A program made the translations under genes and the position numbers. Below the pieces are notes generated by a model. That model did no database searches and was not told the DNA's origin. It saw only the letters and a list, made by a program, of their open reading frames with translations. Positions 1 through 8,680 of a stretch of DNA of 64,000 nt are shown here, piece by piece. Position 1 is the first letter of the stretch; every line of letters starts with the position of its first letter. Origin of the DNA: Caldilineaceae bacterium (GTDB taxonomy: Bacteria > Chloroflexota > Anaerolineae > Caldilineales > Caldilineaceae); NCBI GenBank assembly GCA_034428395.1, contig DAOUHX010000424.1, positions 62,679 through 126,678 on the forward strand, in the 5' to 3' direction.

Positions 1-222
1 CTTCCGAAAAAAACAGTAACGGCATCTACCTCAATGCGCCTCTAACGGGGCGGTCCGTCCGGCCATTTCCTGCCAGAAGCCTTAGGGGTGCTGTACCGTC
101 TGCCGCCTGTTGCCTCGCAGCGGCCGGCAACTCTCTGAAAGAACGGGCTGACGGACATGGTCCCCGGTCACGGCCACTCTGATCGTATGTGCCGGCAAAG
201 ATAGCACAGTGCCGGCTGGCTG

Positions 223-1236
223 TCAATTCTCCGCCAAAGCGAGGTTGGCCAGATCAACCAGCTGAAACATTGCCAGGGGACCGTCGCTGCGAAAACAGAA
301 CGCTGCCGGCACCGAAAGATGGGAGGCAAGCCACTCAACGACAGAATCGGGCATGGCAGCCTCGTATTCGAGACGGACGACCGGCGAAGCAAGCTGCTGG
401 TGGCGCTGGCCTCGGCTCCGGGCCTCCAATTCGTCTCCCGAACGCGACCCGTTCGAAGCCCGTAGCACGCGAAACAAAAACGCGCCCTCGATCTGCATCC
501 CCGGGAAGAGCTCGTCAAGAAACCCCGCGACCGCGTCTTCACTCCAAATGTACAGCCGCTCTCCGGCCTCCGAGGGAACTGCCACAAAGCGGGACATGAG
601 CTGCGGCACTTTTATGCGCGCGTGTGAGAGCGGTCCGAATCTGACATCCGGACTGCTGAGATGAACGAGAATATTGATACTGTGCGAGCTGATGAACGGA
701 AACGGATGCCCCGGGTCGACCGCCAGCGGTGTCAGCATCGGGTAGAGCTGCTGGCGAAAGAAGCGGCGCACGTGGTTCCGCTGCTGCATCTCCAGCGAGC
801 CGGGATCACCAATGAGAATGCCGAAGTCCCGTTTCAGCTCGGGCAGAAGTGTCCGACTGAGTTCGATAAGAGCCTGCTCCAGCAGCCGGTCCAGTTGGAC
901 CGTTATCTCCTGCCTGCTTGAATCGGTCAAGTCAGGCGCCTGCTCCGCGAAATAGTGGTCGAGAACCGAGGCGAGCAGTCCGATTATTCGCACACGTTCC
1001 AGCAGCGGGCAGTCCGGGCTGCGGCTCTCCTCGAGAAGGTAGGTAGCTTCGACGACCGGCGCCGGCTGGCTGCTCGTATGGACCCGTTCCTTCAGTCCCG
1101 CCGCCAGGCCCTTGGCCCGGGCGATCGCTTCTTCGTCGGTGGGCGTCGCAAATGCGGGCAATGAGGCTTCGTATCCGGCAGGGGCGAAGGGCCGCTCGCG
1201 TGCAGGCTGCCGTCCTTCAATCAGGTCTTGCTTCAT
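223..1236 (-). CDS. PPK1-like protein with only the N-terminal and head (H) domains; no catalytic C1/C2 domains
   Basis: 337-aa ORF. PLLERVRIIGLLASVLDHYF and LYPMLTPLAVDPGHPFPFISSHSINILV match PPK1 N/H-domain signatures. The ORF stops (TGA 223-225) at about the H/C1 boundary. The same frame read through 222-148 shows no PPK C1-like sequence. Confidence 0.55.
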   Translation of the reverse strand: MKQDLIEGRQPARERPFAPAGYEASLPAFATPTDEEAIARAKGLAAGLKERVHTSSQPAPVVEATYLLEESRSPDCPLLERVRIIGLLASVLDHYFAEQAPDLTDSSRQEITVQLDRLLEQALIELSRTLLPELKRDFGILIGDPGSLEMQQRNHVRRFFRQQLYPMLTPLAVDPGHPFPFISSHSINILVHLSSPDVRFGPLSHARIKVPQLMSRFVAVPSEAGERLYIWSEDAVAGFLDELFPGMQIEGAFLFRVLRASNGSRSGDELEARSRGQRHQQLASPVVRLEYEAAMPDSVVEWLASHLSVPAAFCFRSDGPLAMFQLVDLANLALAEN

Positions 1237-1245
1237 CGGAGACTC

Positions 1246-2010
1246 TCACCGTTCGTTGGCCACAAATTCGATGCGGATCGTAAACTCATCCTGGACCGTG
1301 AGCGTGTTCGCGAAGTTGGGAGGATCGAAGCCCAGATCGGTCATGCGCAGGCGGGTCTCAAGACTGCCGCTGATCATGCCGTCCTTCAGAATGGCCTCGA
1401 CATGCCAGCGGGAGGGCAGTGAGACGCCGCGCAGGGACAGGTCGCCTTCCAGTTGAAAGCGAACGGTCTCGCCCTCCCGGTAGTTTGAAGGCGCGTCGTC
1501 TATTTGGGTGGCGACAAAGAGCGCCACCGGGTAGCGGTCCGACTCGAGCGCGTTCTCCCGGATCCAGCCGTCTCGCAGCTTCTGGTCGGTGCGCAGGGTA
1601 GGCAGGTAGACCGCGAAGCGATTTGGACCGAGCGACGCGCCTGAGAGGTCGATCTGAACGACTCCGGTCACATCCTGGGTCTCCCCAATAACCTCGGCCT
1701 TTCCGGGCTCCAGCCCGTACTTGCGTTTCGCTTCCGCGAAAAACTCCTCGTCCACAATATAGGCCGCCCTCGAACTGGCCGGCTCTATCCGGAAGGTGCG
1801 CAACGCCCCGCTGTCTTCCAGTTCAACCGAGGGCAGGTCCGAAAAAGCCGCCGCCGCCTCGCGCGAAAGACTCTCGGCGGCAGGAGCTTCCTCTTGCGCC
1901 GAGGACGGTTCCTGCCGCCCACTCTCAGCTGGGGAGCTGTCTCGTCCGCCGCAGCCGACCGCGATCAATAGGGCATACAACAGCAGGAGGTGCTGGAATC
2001 TGGTTTTCAT
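1246..2010 (-). CDS. YceI-like domain lipoprotein
   Basis: 254 aa. Signal plus lipobox MKTRFQHLLLLYALLIAVGC. The C-terminal ~170 aa resemble the YceI polyisoprenoid-binding barrel (FRIEPASSRAAYIV, VTGVVQIDL, LEGDLSLRGVS). 9-nt gap to the PPK-like ORF. Confidence 0.6.
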   Translation of the reverse strand: MKTRFQHLLLLYALLIAVGCGGRDSSPAESGRQEPSSAQEEAPAAESLSREAAAAFSDLPSVELEDSGALRTFRIEPASSRAAYIVDEEFFAEAKRKYGLEPGKAEVIGETQDVTGVVQIDLSGASLGPNRFAVYLPTLRTDQKLRDGWIRENALESDRYPVALFVATQIDDAPSNYREGETVRFQLEGDLSLRGVSLPSRWHVEAILKDGMISGSLETRLRMTDLGFDPPNFANTLTVQDEFTIRIEFVANER

Positions 2011-2080
2011 GGGCTGACGTCACTCTTACTCAGTTTGGAACACCTGCTTAAGATCGTCGCTGCAACGCGGTTGGGCCATT

Positions 2081-3961
2081 TCAGGGCGCGGGCACTGCCG
2101 GCCGCGGCATTTCGTTGTCAAGACGCACGCCTTCAGGCAAATAGGGAGGCAGGCCGCCGCCGCTTCCGTATGCCGCCAGCAGTTGACGGACGAAGAGCGA
2201 ATAGAACGCCTCATGGCGGAAGGTCGGTTCCGCGCCCGCAACGGCCAGCCCCTCCTCAAAACCGTACCCACCAAATGATGCAACGAATTGGTCGTTTTTG
2301 GCAATGATGTGCAACGGGGTGTCCCAGCCGTCTTCGCCGCGCGAGACGCGCGGCGGCTGGTGGTCGCCCACGAGGACAAAGACCGCCTCCTGGCTGGGCT
2401 CGCTGATGATGAATTCGGTCAGCATCTCCAGTTGGTATTCGATGGCATTCCAATAATTCTGGCGCCGTTCCCTGTGTTCGATCAGCTCGGATGAGGCCGG
2501 CGGCTGCACCCCGGGAACGTTCAGCGCGCGCCAGTCCTCTTCCAGGGCAGGCAGCGGCGTCCACGGGTAATGTGAGTTCTGTGTGATCGTGAAAAACAGA
2601 TAGGGCGCGTCCGACTCCTGCCGTATGGCCTGGCGCGCGAACTGCAGAGAGTACTGGTCCGGTGGCGCGGGGCCCCACCCGTATTCAGGGCCGCTGAAAT
2701 TAAGGTCTTCGTAGAGCAGCCAGCGGTCCACGCCAAAGAAGTCGGCATACTTTTTCCAGGCCGCGGCCGGCAGCCCCATCGAGAGCGCGGTCAAGCGGTA
2801 GTAGCGATAGCCCTGGCCCTTGAGGAAACGCCCCAGGTCGGGGTACTCCTCCAGCTGGTACTTGTCGACCAGTGCGTAATACTGGGGGTCCGAACTGACC
2901 CGCAGGCCAAAGAGAGCGCTGGTGTAGGACATCCAGGACCCGCCGCCCCAGGTTGGCGCCAGACTCAGGGCCGATGCGGCGTACCAGCCACCGCCGGCCA
3001 GCCTCTCTTCGAGTCGTTCTGTCAACGCCCGGTAACGGACGCGCCAGTCAGTGCGCTTGTAGAGAACGCTGCCGTATGATTCGACAAATATGATGTAGAT
3101 CGGTGGCCGCTCGTCCAGGCTGTAACCGCCGTAGTCATATGCGAGTTGAGCTTGCGCGCCGTCGAACCTCTTCACGTTGCCGTAGACGCGGCGGGACTCG
3201 GACAGGTTGCGGCTCAGTTTGGCGGTCAGGCTGCTGAACACCATGCCCGGCCGGCCAGTTGCCTGGCGATAGATGGCCGCCTGCCCGAGGACGAGAACTG
3301 CCAGCAGGGCCACCGCCAGGCGCGACAGACGCGTGGGGCCGGTATCAGGCAGTGCCAGCCGCGCCAGGCGGTGGACCGCAAACGCGCCCGCCGCGATGAG
3401 CAAGACAGTGCCTGCCACAAAGGCAACCGTCACCCGGGCGTTTTGCAAAAAGAAGGAAAACCCCTCGGTCGCCATCCGGAACTGGCTGTAGAAGACCGGT
3501 TCCAGGTTGAAGAACGTGACCGACGCGCCCTCATATAGATAGTAGGCAAAGACGAAGAGATACGCCGCGACGAATCCGGCGCGCAGGCCCGGCCTGCGCA
3601 GCCGCGGAAGCACTGTCCACAGCGCGATGGAGAGCACGATTTCGGAGTTGAAGCGCAGCACGTCGGGCCGGCCGCGCCAGAGAAAGAGTTGACGCCAGAC
3701 CCGCTCCATCGAGCCCCCTTGGAGTTGGATCGCCGGCAGGAGCGCCCCCTCCTCCCTGTCCATCAGGACGACGGGAATAAAGAGCAGTGCGTTCAGAAGG
3801 ACAAGGACGGCCCAAAATCTGAAATCAGGGTGTATCCGTAGCCCCAATTTCCCCACGCGACCAAGCGGGGCGGAGCCTGCCCGCGCTGCAGAGGAAGCGG
3901 TTTCCTTATCAGCAATATCGGTCCGAAACAGGAAATTGAAGGCGCGGGTCAGCGGGCGCAT
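2081..3961 (-). CDS. LTA-synthase / sulfatase-family membrane protein (alkaline-phosphatase superfamily)
   Basis: 626 aa. Multi-TM N-terminus followed by a soluble domain with PPIYIIFVESYG and FVLVGDHQPP motifs typical of the phosphoglycerol-transferase/LTA-synthase family. Confidence 0.7.
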   Translation of the reverse strand: MRPLTRAFNFLFRTDIADKETASSAARAGSAPLGRVGKLGLRIHPDFRFWAVLVLLNALLFIPVVLMDREEGALLPAIQLQGGSMERVWRQLFLWRGRPDVLRFNSEIVLSIALWTVLPRLRRPGLRAGFVAAYLFVFAYYLYEGASVTFFNLEPVFYSQFRMATEGFSFFLQNARVTVAFVAGTVLLIAAGAFAVHRLARLALPDTGPTRLSRLAVALLAVLVLGQAAIYRQATGRPGMVFSSLTAKLSRNLSESRRVYGNVKRFDGAQAQLAYDYGGYSLDERPPIYIIFVESYGSVLYKRTDWRVRYRALTERLEERLAGGGWYAASALSLAPTWGGGSWMSYTSALFGLRVSSDPQYYALVDKYQLEEYPDLGRFLKGQGYRYYRLTALSMGLPAAAWKKYADFFGVDRWLLYEDLNFSGPEYGWGPAPPDQYSLQFARQAIRQESDAPYLFFTITQNSHYPWTPLPALEEDWRALNVPGVQPPASSELIEHRERRQNYWNAIEYQLEMLTEFIISEPSQEAVFVLVGDHQPPRVSRGEDGWDTPLHIIAKNDQFVASFGGYGFEEGLAVAGAEPTFRHEAFYSLFVRQLLAAYGSGGGLPPYLPEGVRLDNEMPRPAVPAP

Positions 3962-3967
3962 TCCCGG

Positions 3968-4591
3968 TCAGATCTGCTCCTGTCGGTCGCACCAGGAGAG
4001 GGGCAGAAGACCGCTTTCAGTTGCCTGCTCCACGATCGCGGCGACAACGTCGCCCAGCGCTTGCGAGCCTTGCCCGACCGGGGTCATGCGGTCTTCTACT
4101 TGTGCTCTCGTGACCCGGTTCTCGCGCCAGGTAATGCCGCAGGTGTGGTAGTTGTGCAAGAAGGGCATGAGCCTGTCGAGCGCAAGCGCGAAGCGGGCTT
4201 CCGGCGTCAGTTGGGCTTCGTACTCCTCCCACAGCGCCGTCATCTCCACCGCCTGATCGCGGGGCAACAGGCCGAAGATGCGCAGGGCCGCCGTCCGCTC
4301 CCGCTCTATCTTGCCTTCGTGGCTATCATCGTCGTAGGCGTAGGTGTCGCCGGCGTCTATCTCAACGACGTCATGAATCAGCAGCAGCCTCAAGGTATGC
4401 AGCAGATCCACCGGTTCGTTGGCGTGTTCAGCCAGCACCAGCGCCATCATCGCCAGATGCCACGAATGCTCGGCCGAGTTCTCACGGCGCTTGCTCTCCA
4501 GCAAAAGGGACCGCCGCAGGACGCCCTTCAATCTGTCGATCTCAAGGATGAATGCCAACTGCTTTCTGAGTCGTTCGCTTTCCATTGTCAT
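3968..4591 (-). CDS. HD-domain phosphohydrolase (YfbR-like 5'-nucleotidase type)
   Basis: 207 aa. NSAEHSWHLAMMALVL ... LLIHDVVEIDAGD gives the H..HD..D metal signature. The start ATG overlaps the CHAD stop (ATGA at 4588-4591). Confidence 0.75.
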   Translation of the reverse strand: MTMESERLRKQLAFILEIDRLKGVLRRSLLLESKRRENSAEHSWHLAMMALVLAEHANEPVDLLHTLRLLLIHDVVEIDAGDTYAYDDDSHEGKIERERTAALRIFGLLPRDQAVEMTALWEEYEAQLTPEARFALALDRLMPFLHNYHTCGITWRENRVTRAQVEDRMTPVGQGSQALGDVVAAIVEQATESGLLPLSWCDRQEQI

Positions 4592-5556
4592 GGGTCCTGC
4601 GCGCCGAATTCAGCGGTCGGAAGTTTGGCACGGCGATAGGCGCGCCAGTAGGCTGCGATGCGCCCGGCGAATCGGCCCGGGCTTTCCTGGTAGATCCGCG
4701 CCGCCTGCAGGGAGGCAGTGCCCCGAATATGGCTCCTTTCGCGGGCTACCAGGCTGTCGAGCCGTTCGGCGAAATCCCCGCCTTCCTCCCGTAGTTCCCG
4801 TACCTGCCTCGACTGCAGCAGCATCGCCAGGTCGTGTTCATCGCCCAGCCGGTCGGCAAGCCGGTCGCATTCGCGCGCCAGCGCGCCGACCGGGCCCGGC
4901 CAAACAGGCCTCAAGATCTGCATGTGGTACCAGAGATACTTGACCCGCTTGCGGAAAGCATGAAAGTTCTCGGTCGTGGGCCGCTTGGCCGCGACGCTCA
5001 GTTCGGCGCGTCCGCGGGCGTAGTTCCTCCGCAGACCTGGCGCAAATGGAGTGAAGTCGTCTGCGCGGAACTTCCAGCAATCGACGCGGGATCTCGCTTC
5101 CTGGAGTGAGTCCACAATTGACGCCAGCTGCTGCGGCTCACGGGTGTAACCGTCCAAAAGCGTCCTGTGACCTTTCTCCAGGGCGTGGCTCAGCCGGGTG
5201 AAGGAGTTGCCGGTCATGCGCGCGCCGTAACGGCCCCGCAGCCGGTCGAAGGTCTCGATGTGGACTGCACTGTCCCGCACGGGCGACAGAATGCGGCCCT
5301 GGTCGCGGAAGAAGGCGTTCTCGCGGCGGTAGGTCTTGTCGGGCAGAGCACCGCGCGCCAGGCGCAGGACCGCGCGAATACGCTTGAAATGTTTGCGCGC
5401 TTCGTGGATCTCTTCGTTAACGTCGTTGCCGCGTCCAAGCTGACTTATCGCCCCGTCGATCTGTTCATAGACGATGCGGCGCAACGAATTGTCCGGCGTT
5501 TCGTCCGGGGAAAGCGAAAAACTCATCGGCGGTTGTTTGCCGTGCCTTTCCTGCAA
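4588..5556 (-). CDS. CHAD domain protein
   Basis: 322 aa. Paired helical His/Arg-rich motifs IHEARKHFKRIRAVLRL and FHAFRKRVKYLWYHMQIL are characteristic of the CHAD domain. Confidence 0.75.
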   Translation of the reverse strand: MQERHGKQPPMSFSLSPDETPDNSLRRIVYEQIDGAISQLGRGNDVNEEIHEARKHFKRIRAVLRLARGALPDKTYRRENAFFRDQGRILSPVRDSAVHIETFDRLRGRYGARMTGNSFTRLSHALEKGHRTLLDGYTREPQQLASIVDSLQEARSRVDCWKFRADDFTPFAPGLRRNYARGRAELSVAAKRPTTENFHAFRKRVKYLWYHMQILRPVWPGPVGALARECDRLADRLGDEHDLAMLLQSRQVRELREEGGDFAERLDSLVARERSHIRGTASLQAARIYQESPGRFAGRIAAYWRAYRRAKLPTAEFGAQDP

Positions 5557-5565
5557 ATAACGCCT

Positions 5566-6504
5566 CTATCCATCTGAGGCGGCCCGGCCTAGCTTGGTGA
5601 ACAGATCGCGCAGAATGCTGTCCCGGTCGACATAGCGGGCACTGGCGATCGTGTGCCGGCTCTCGTCGAAGGCCCAGGTCAACCGATCCGTCAGGCGGGG
5701 CGCGCTCACCCGTTCCACCTGCGCCCACTGCGGATTCACCAGCCAGCCAACCGGTGCCATATCCCAGATCTGCTTGGAGTAAGCGAACTGGTCTTCGTGG
5801 TAGTCGCGGTATATCTCGTGGAGGTAGTCGCCGATCGCCCCGCGGCCCTTCACGTGAGCTGCGATCTCTGGCAGCGTCGTGTGCAGGTGGGAGACGACGC
5901 CCATGCAGGGGAACCGTATGAGTGGTACCCCGCAATCGAGGACGACGCGGCTGGCCGCCGGGTCCTGGTACAGGTTGAACTCACGCGTGTCCGGCCAGTG
6001 GCGCGCGTGGCCGCCCAGCCACACCACCACGATGCGCTCGCGGATTGCCGGCTCCATCAGGAGCGCGCAGGCGACGTTTGTGATCGCGCCGATCGCGACG
6101 ACGTAAAGGGGGTCATCAAACGCCGACGCCAGCGCCTTTTCAATAAGATCGGACGCGGCATCGCTTTCAAACGGTTGGCGCTCGTCGGCCAGCCATGCCG
6201 CCGAGCCGCGCTGGACAAAGCCGGACCGGGGAAGATCCAGGAATGTCAGGCGAGCCAGAAGTCGATGAATCTCCTCGTAGCTCTTCTCCATGCCGTCTCC
6301 GGGCCCGGCGCTGCGTCCGTTGTGGAACGGCGCCGCGTAAAGGGCCTCCACCCGCAGCCGTTCCGGCGAGAGCAGCGAGTACACCACGGCGAACTGGTCG
6401 TCAATCTCATTGTACGTATCGGTGTCCAGCACCATGCGCACGCGCCCGCCGGGCGGATTGAGGCGGTCTTCGAGCTGTTGTTGGTCGAGCGGTGCGAAAT
6501 TCAT
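5566..6504 (-). CDS. Nucleoside hydrolase (inosine/uridine-preferring family)
   Basis: 312 aa. N-terminal VLDTDTYNEIDDQFAV matches the DxDxxxDD signature. Size and overall pattern fit the IUNH family. Confidence 0.8.
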   Translation of the reverse strand: MNFAPLDQQQLEDRLNPPGGRVRMVLDTDTYNEIDDQFAVVYSLLSPERLRVEALYAAPFHNGRSAGPGDGMEKSYEEIHRLLARLTFLDLPRSGFVQRGSAAWLADERQPFESDAASDLIEKALASAFDDPLYVVAIGAITNVACALLMEPAIRERIVVVWLGGHARHWPDTREFNLYQDPAASRVVLDCGVPLIRFPCMGVVSHLHTTLPEIAAHVKGRGAIGDYLHEIYRDYHEDQFAYSKQIWDMAPVGWLVNPQWAQVERVSAPRLTDRLTWAFDESRHTIASARYVDRDSILRDLFTKLGRAASDG

Positions 6505-6549
6505 GTGTCAATTCTCAACAGTTCCAGTAGCTGGAACCGCATCTGCCTG

Positions 6550-7527
6550 CTATGCCGCCAGCCGGTTCACCATCTCGAGCATGGCCGTCATGTAGCCGAT
6601 GGCGTAAGCGCGGCCTCGGTGGCCCCAGTCGCTGTCTTCAACCATCTGCGGCACGTGATCTGTGATCATGAAGCCGGTGAATCCCACCTCTTTAAGCGTT
6701 TTCATCACCTCGAACGGGTCAACATTGCCCTCGTTGATGAAACACTCGTTGAAGTTGGGCACGGTCCCTTGCACGTCACGAAAATGGACGTAAACGATGC
6801 GGCCTCGCCCGCCGAAGTGGCGCACCGCGTCAATCACGTAGTCGTGCCCATTCATCTCAGACCAGCAGCCCATGCAGAAGTCAAGGCCGTGATTTGGGCT
6901 GTCAAAACGGTCAATGGCCCGCTTGAACCCTTCAAAGTTACGGAAAATGCGCGCCACGCCGCCGAGACTCTCCACCGGCGGGTCGTCCGGGTGAAGCGCC
7001 AGCGTAACACCGGCCTCCTCGGCAACCGGCAGCAGCCGCTCCAGGTAATACTCGTAGTTGGCCCACATCTCCTCTTGGTCGTAGACCCGACCGTGCGTCA
7101 GCTCTTCCGGGTCGTGTTCAGCGAGATTGAAGCGCGTGCCCCGCGCGCCGCCGCGCAGCCTCGCCGGTTCCTGCGTGCGCCAGACAGAGTTCGGCATCCA
7201 GTGATAACCGAGGATTGGGATTCCCGCTCTGCCCATGTTGCGGACCGTGGTCTGCATGTGGGCGATCTGCTCGTCGCGCCCTGGCAGCCCAAGCATCGCC
7301 TTGTCGTAGAAGGTGATCGGCACGTTTTCAAGGCAGATCAGGCGCAGACCGGCCGCCTCTGCCCGGTCTACGGCCGCCTTCAAGTCGCCGTACTCCCACT
7401 GCTTGTCGCCGGGGAGCCTGGGCGTATTCATCAGAAAGTCATCCGCGCCAAGCTGCTTGATGAAGGCCAGCTTCTCGTCCGTGAGCTCATTGAACTGCCC
7501 CAGGCCGATTCGCATTTGCAACGACAT
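6550..7527 (-). CDS. uxuA: Mannonate dehydratase family protein (UxuA-like, xylose-isomerase-like TIM barrel)
   Basis: MLGLPGRDEQIAHMQTTVRNMGRAGIPILGYHWMP and VYVHFRDVQGTVPNFNECFINEGNVD match the UxuA pattern. Start re-set to ATG 7527, preceded by AAGGAG; the track ORF extends to 7632. Confidence 0.7.
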   Translation of the reverse strand: MSLQMRIGLGQFNELTDEKLAFIKQLGADDFLMNTPRLPGDKQWEYGDLKAAVDRAEAAGLRLICLENVPITFYDKAMLGLPGRDEQIAHMQTTVRNMGRAGIPILGYHWMPNSVWRTQEPARLRGGARGTRFNLAEHDPEELTHGRVYDQEEMWANYEYYLERLLPVAEEAGVTLALHPDDPPVESLGGVARIFRNFEGFKRAIDRFDSPNHGLDFCMGCWSEMNGHDYVIDAVRHFGGRGRIVYVHFRDVQGTVPNFNECFINEGNVDPFEVMKTLKEVGFTGFMITDHVPQMVEDSDWGHRGRAYAIGYMTAMLEMVNRLAA

Positions 7528-7582
7528 GAAAACGCTCCTTTGGCTTGCAGAGTACGGTTCAAGTCGACGGGCGGACCTCTTC

Positions 7583-8497
7583 TCAGGCCGCGACCGGCCG
7601 CGAAAGTTTCGCCAGCAGCTGTGCCTGCTCATCTTCGGTCAGGTCGACCAGCGGCGGACGTACGCGGCTCCACCCAGGCCGGCCCGTCTGGTCGGCCACG
7701 ATAACCTTCAGCGCGGCAATCATGTTGAGACCGGAATCAAGAATCGCGTTGCGAATCCAATTGGTGCGCGTCTGGCGCTCCTCGGCGTCGGGGGCCTGCC
7801 AGTTCTCATAGAGGTCGCGGATGACATGGGGCAGCACGTTGGCCATGCCCGAGATACAGCCACCGCCGCCGCCCTGCATATTCTTCAGCAGGAGACCCTC
7901 CGAGCCGCAGAAAACGGCGAATCCCGGGAATTGGCGTGCGACCGCGTGCAATCCGAGCAGCGTATCGACGTCACCCGAGCTGTCCTTCACACCGGCCGCG
8001 AGGCGCGGATAGGCCGCGGCCAGCCTTGCCAGCAGCGCAGGCGAGAGAGGCACCCCGCTGACCTGCGGGATGTGGTAGAAGTAGATTCGCAGCCGCTCGT
8101 CGTCGACGCCGTCAAGAATCGCTGCGAAGGACCGAAACAGACCCTCATCGGAAACATTGGGATAGTAGAACGGCGGCAGCGTCAGGACCCCGCGGCACCC
8201 GGCCTGCACTGCGTGGCGGGACAACGCCACCGCCTCCGTGATGGCGGCCGCACCGGTCCCGATCACCAATCGATCAGCCGGGATGCCGGCTTCGATCACG
8301 GCGTCAACCGCAGCCATCCGCTCAGCCGCGCAAAAGGAGGTCGCCTCACTGTTGGTCCCGAAGAGGACCAGGCCGTGGCAGCCTCCTTCAAGCAGACGTT
8401 TGCAGAACTCGACATAAGCCGGTAGATCGATAGCGAGGTCGGCCTCTACAGGCGTCAGTGTCGGGGCGAAAACACCGCGCATAGATAAGTCGGCCAT
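7583..8497 (-). CDS. DHDPS/NAL-family class I aldolase (DapA-like; possibly a 2-keto-3-deoxy-sugar-acid aldolase)
   Basis: MADLSMRGVFAPTLTPV...GCHGLVLFGTNSEATSF...YFYHIPQVSG are typical of the DapA/KDG-aldolase family. Start re-set to ATG 8497, preceded by AAGGAG. Confidence 0.8.
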   Translation of the reverse strand: MADLSMRGVFAPTLTPVEADLAIDLPAYVEFCKRLLEGGCHGLVLFGTNSEATSFCAAERMAAVDAVIEAGIPADRLVIGTGAAAITEAVALSRHAVQAGCRGVLTLPPFYYPNVSDEGLFRSFAAILDGVDDERLRIYFYHIPQVSGVPLSPALLARLAAAYPRLAAGVKDSSGDVDTLLGLHAVARQFPGFAVFCGSEGLLLKNMQGGGGGCISGMANVLPHVIRDLYENWQAPDAEERQTRTNWIRNAILDSGLNMIAALKVIVADQTGRPGWSRVRPPLVDLTEDEQAQLLAKLSRPVAA

Positions 8498-8680
8498 TCG
8501 ATGGCTCCTTTGCTTCTGGCGCAGCCGTCTGCTGTCAAAGAGAGCGGGAATATAGCTACATGGTAAGGCGAGCAGGACGCCATTGTCAAGTGAAGCCGAC
8601 GTTCCCCAAGTCATTGCGTGCAACCCGGAACTCCACTGCAAGCATCCAGACCCCTGGCAGCAACTAAGTCATTCGCGGCC

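Noticed and set aside
1-222. Continuation of the PPK1-like gene (C1/C2 catalytic domains) after a frameshift.
   Set aside because: The same frame read through 222-148 showed no PPK C1 signature, and the 66-aa minus-strand ORF listed at 26-226 is not PPK-like either. Sequence beyond the window edge could not be examined.
5653-7704. Very long ORF-track entries antisense to recognised genes (for example 5653-7704 +, 683 aa; also 17541-19310 +, 51598-53052 +, 53347-54369 -, 10723-11823 -, 21595-22539 +, 39240-40499 +).
   Set aside because: Their translations are Arg/Ala/Pro/His-rich with no recognisable motifs, and each lies opposite a gene with clear family signatures. These are typical stop-codon-poor shadow frames of high-GC DNA.
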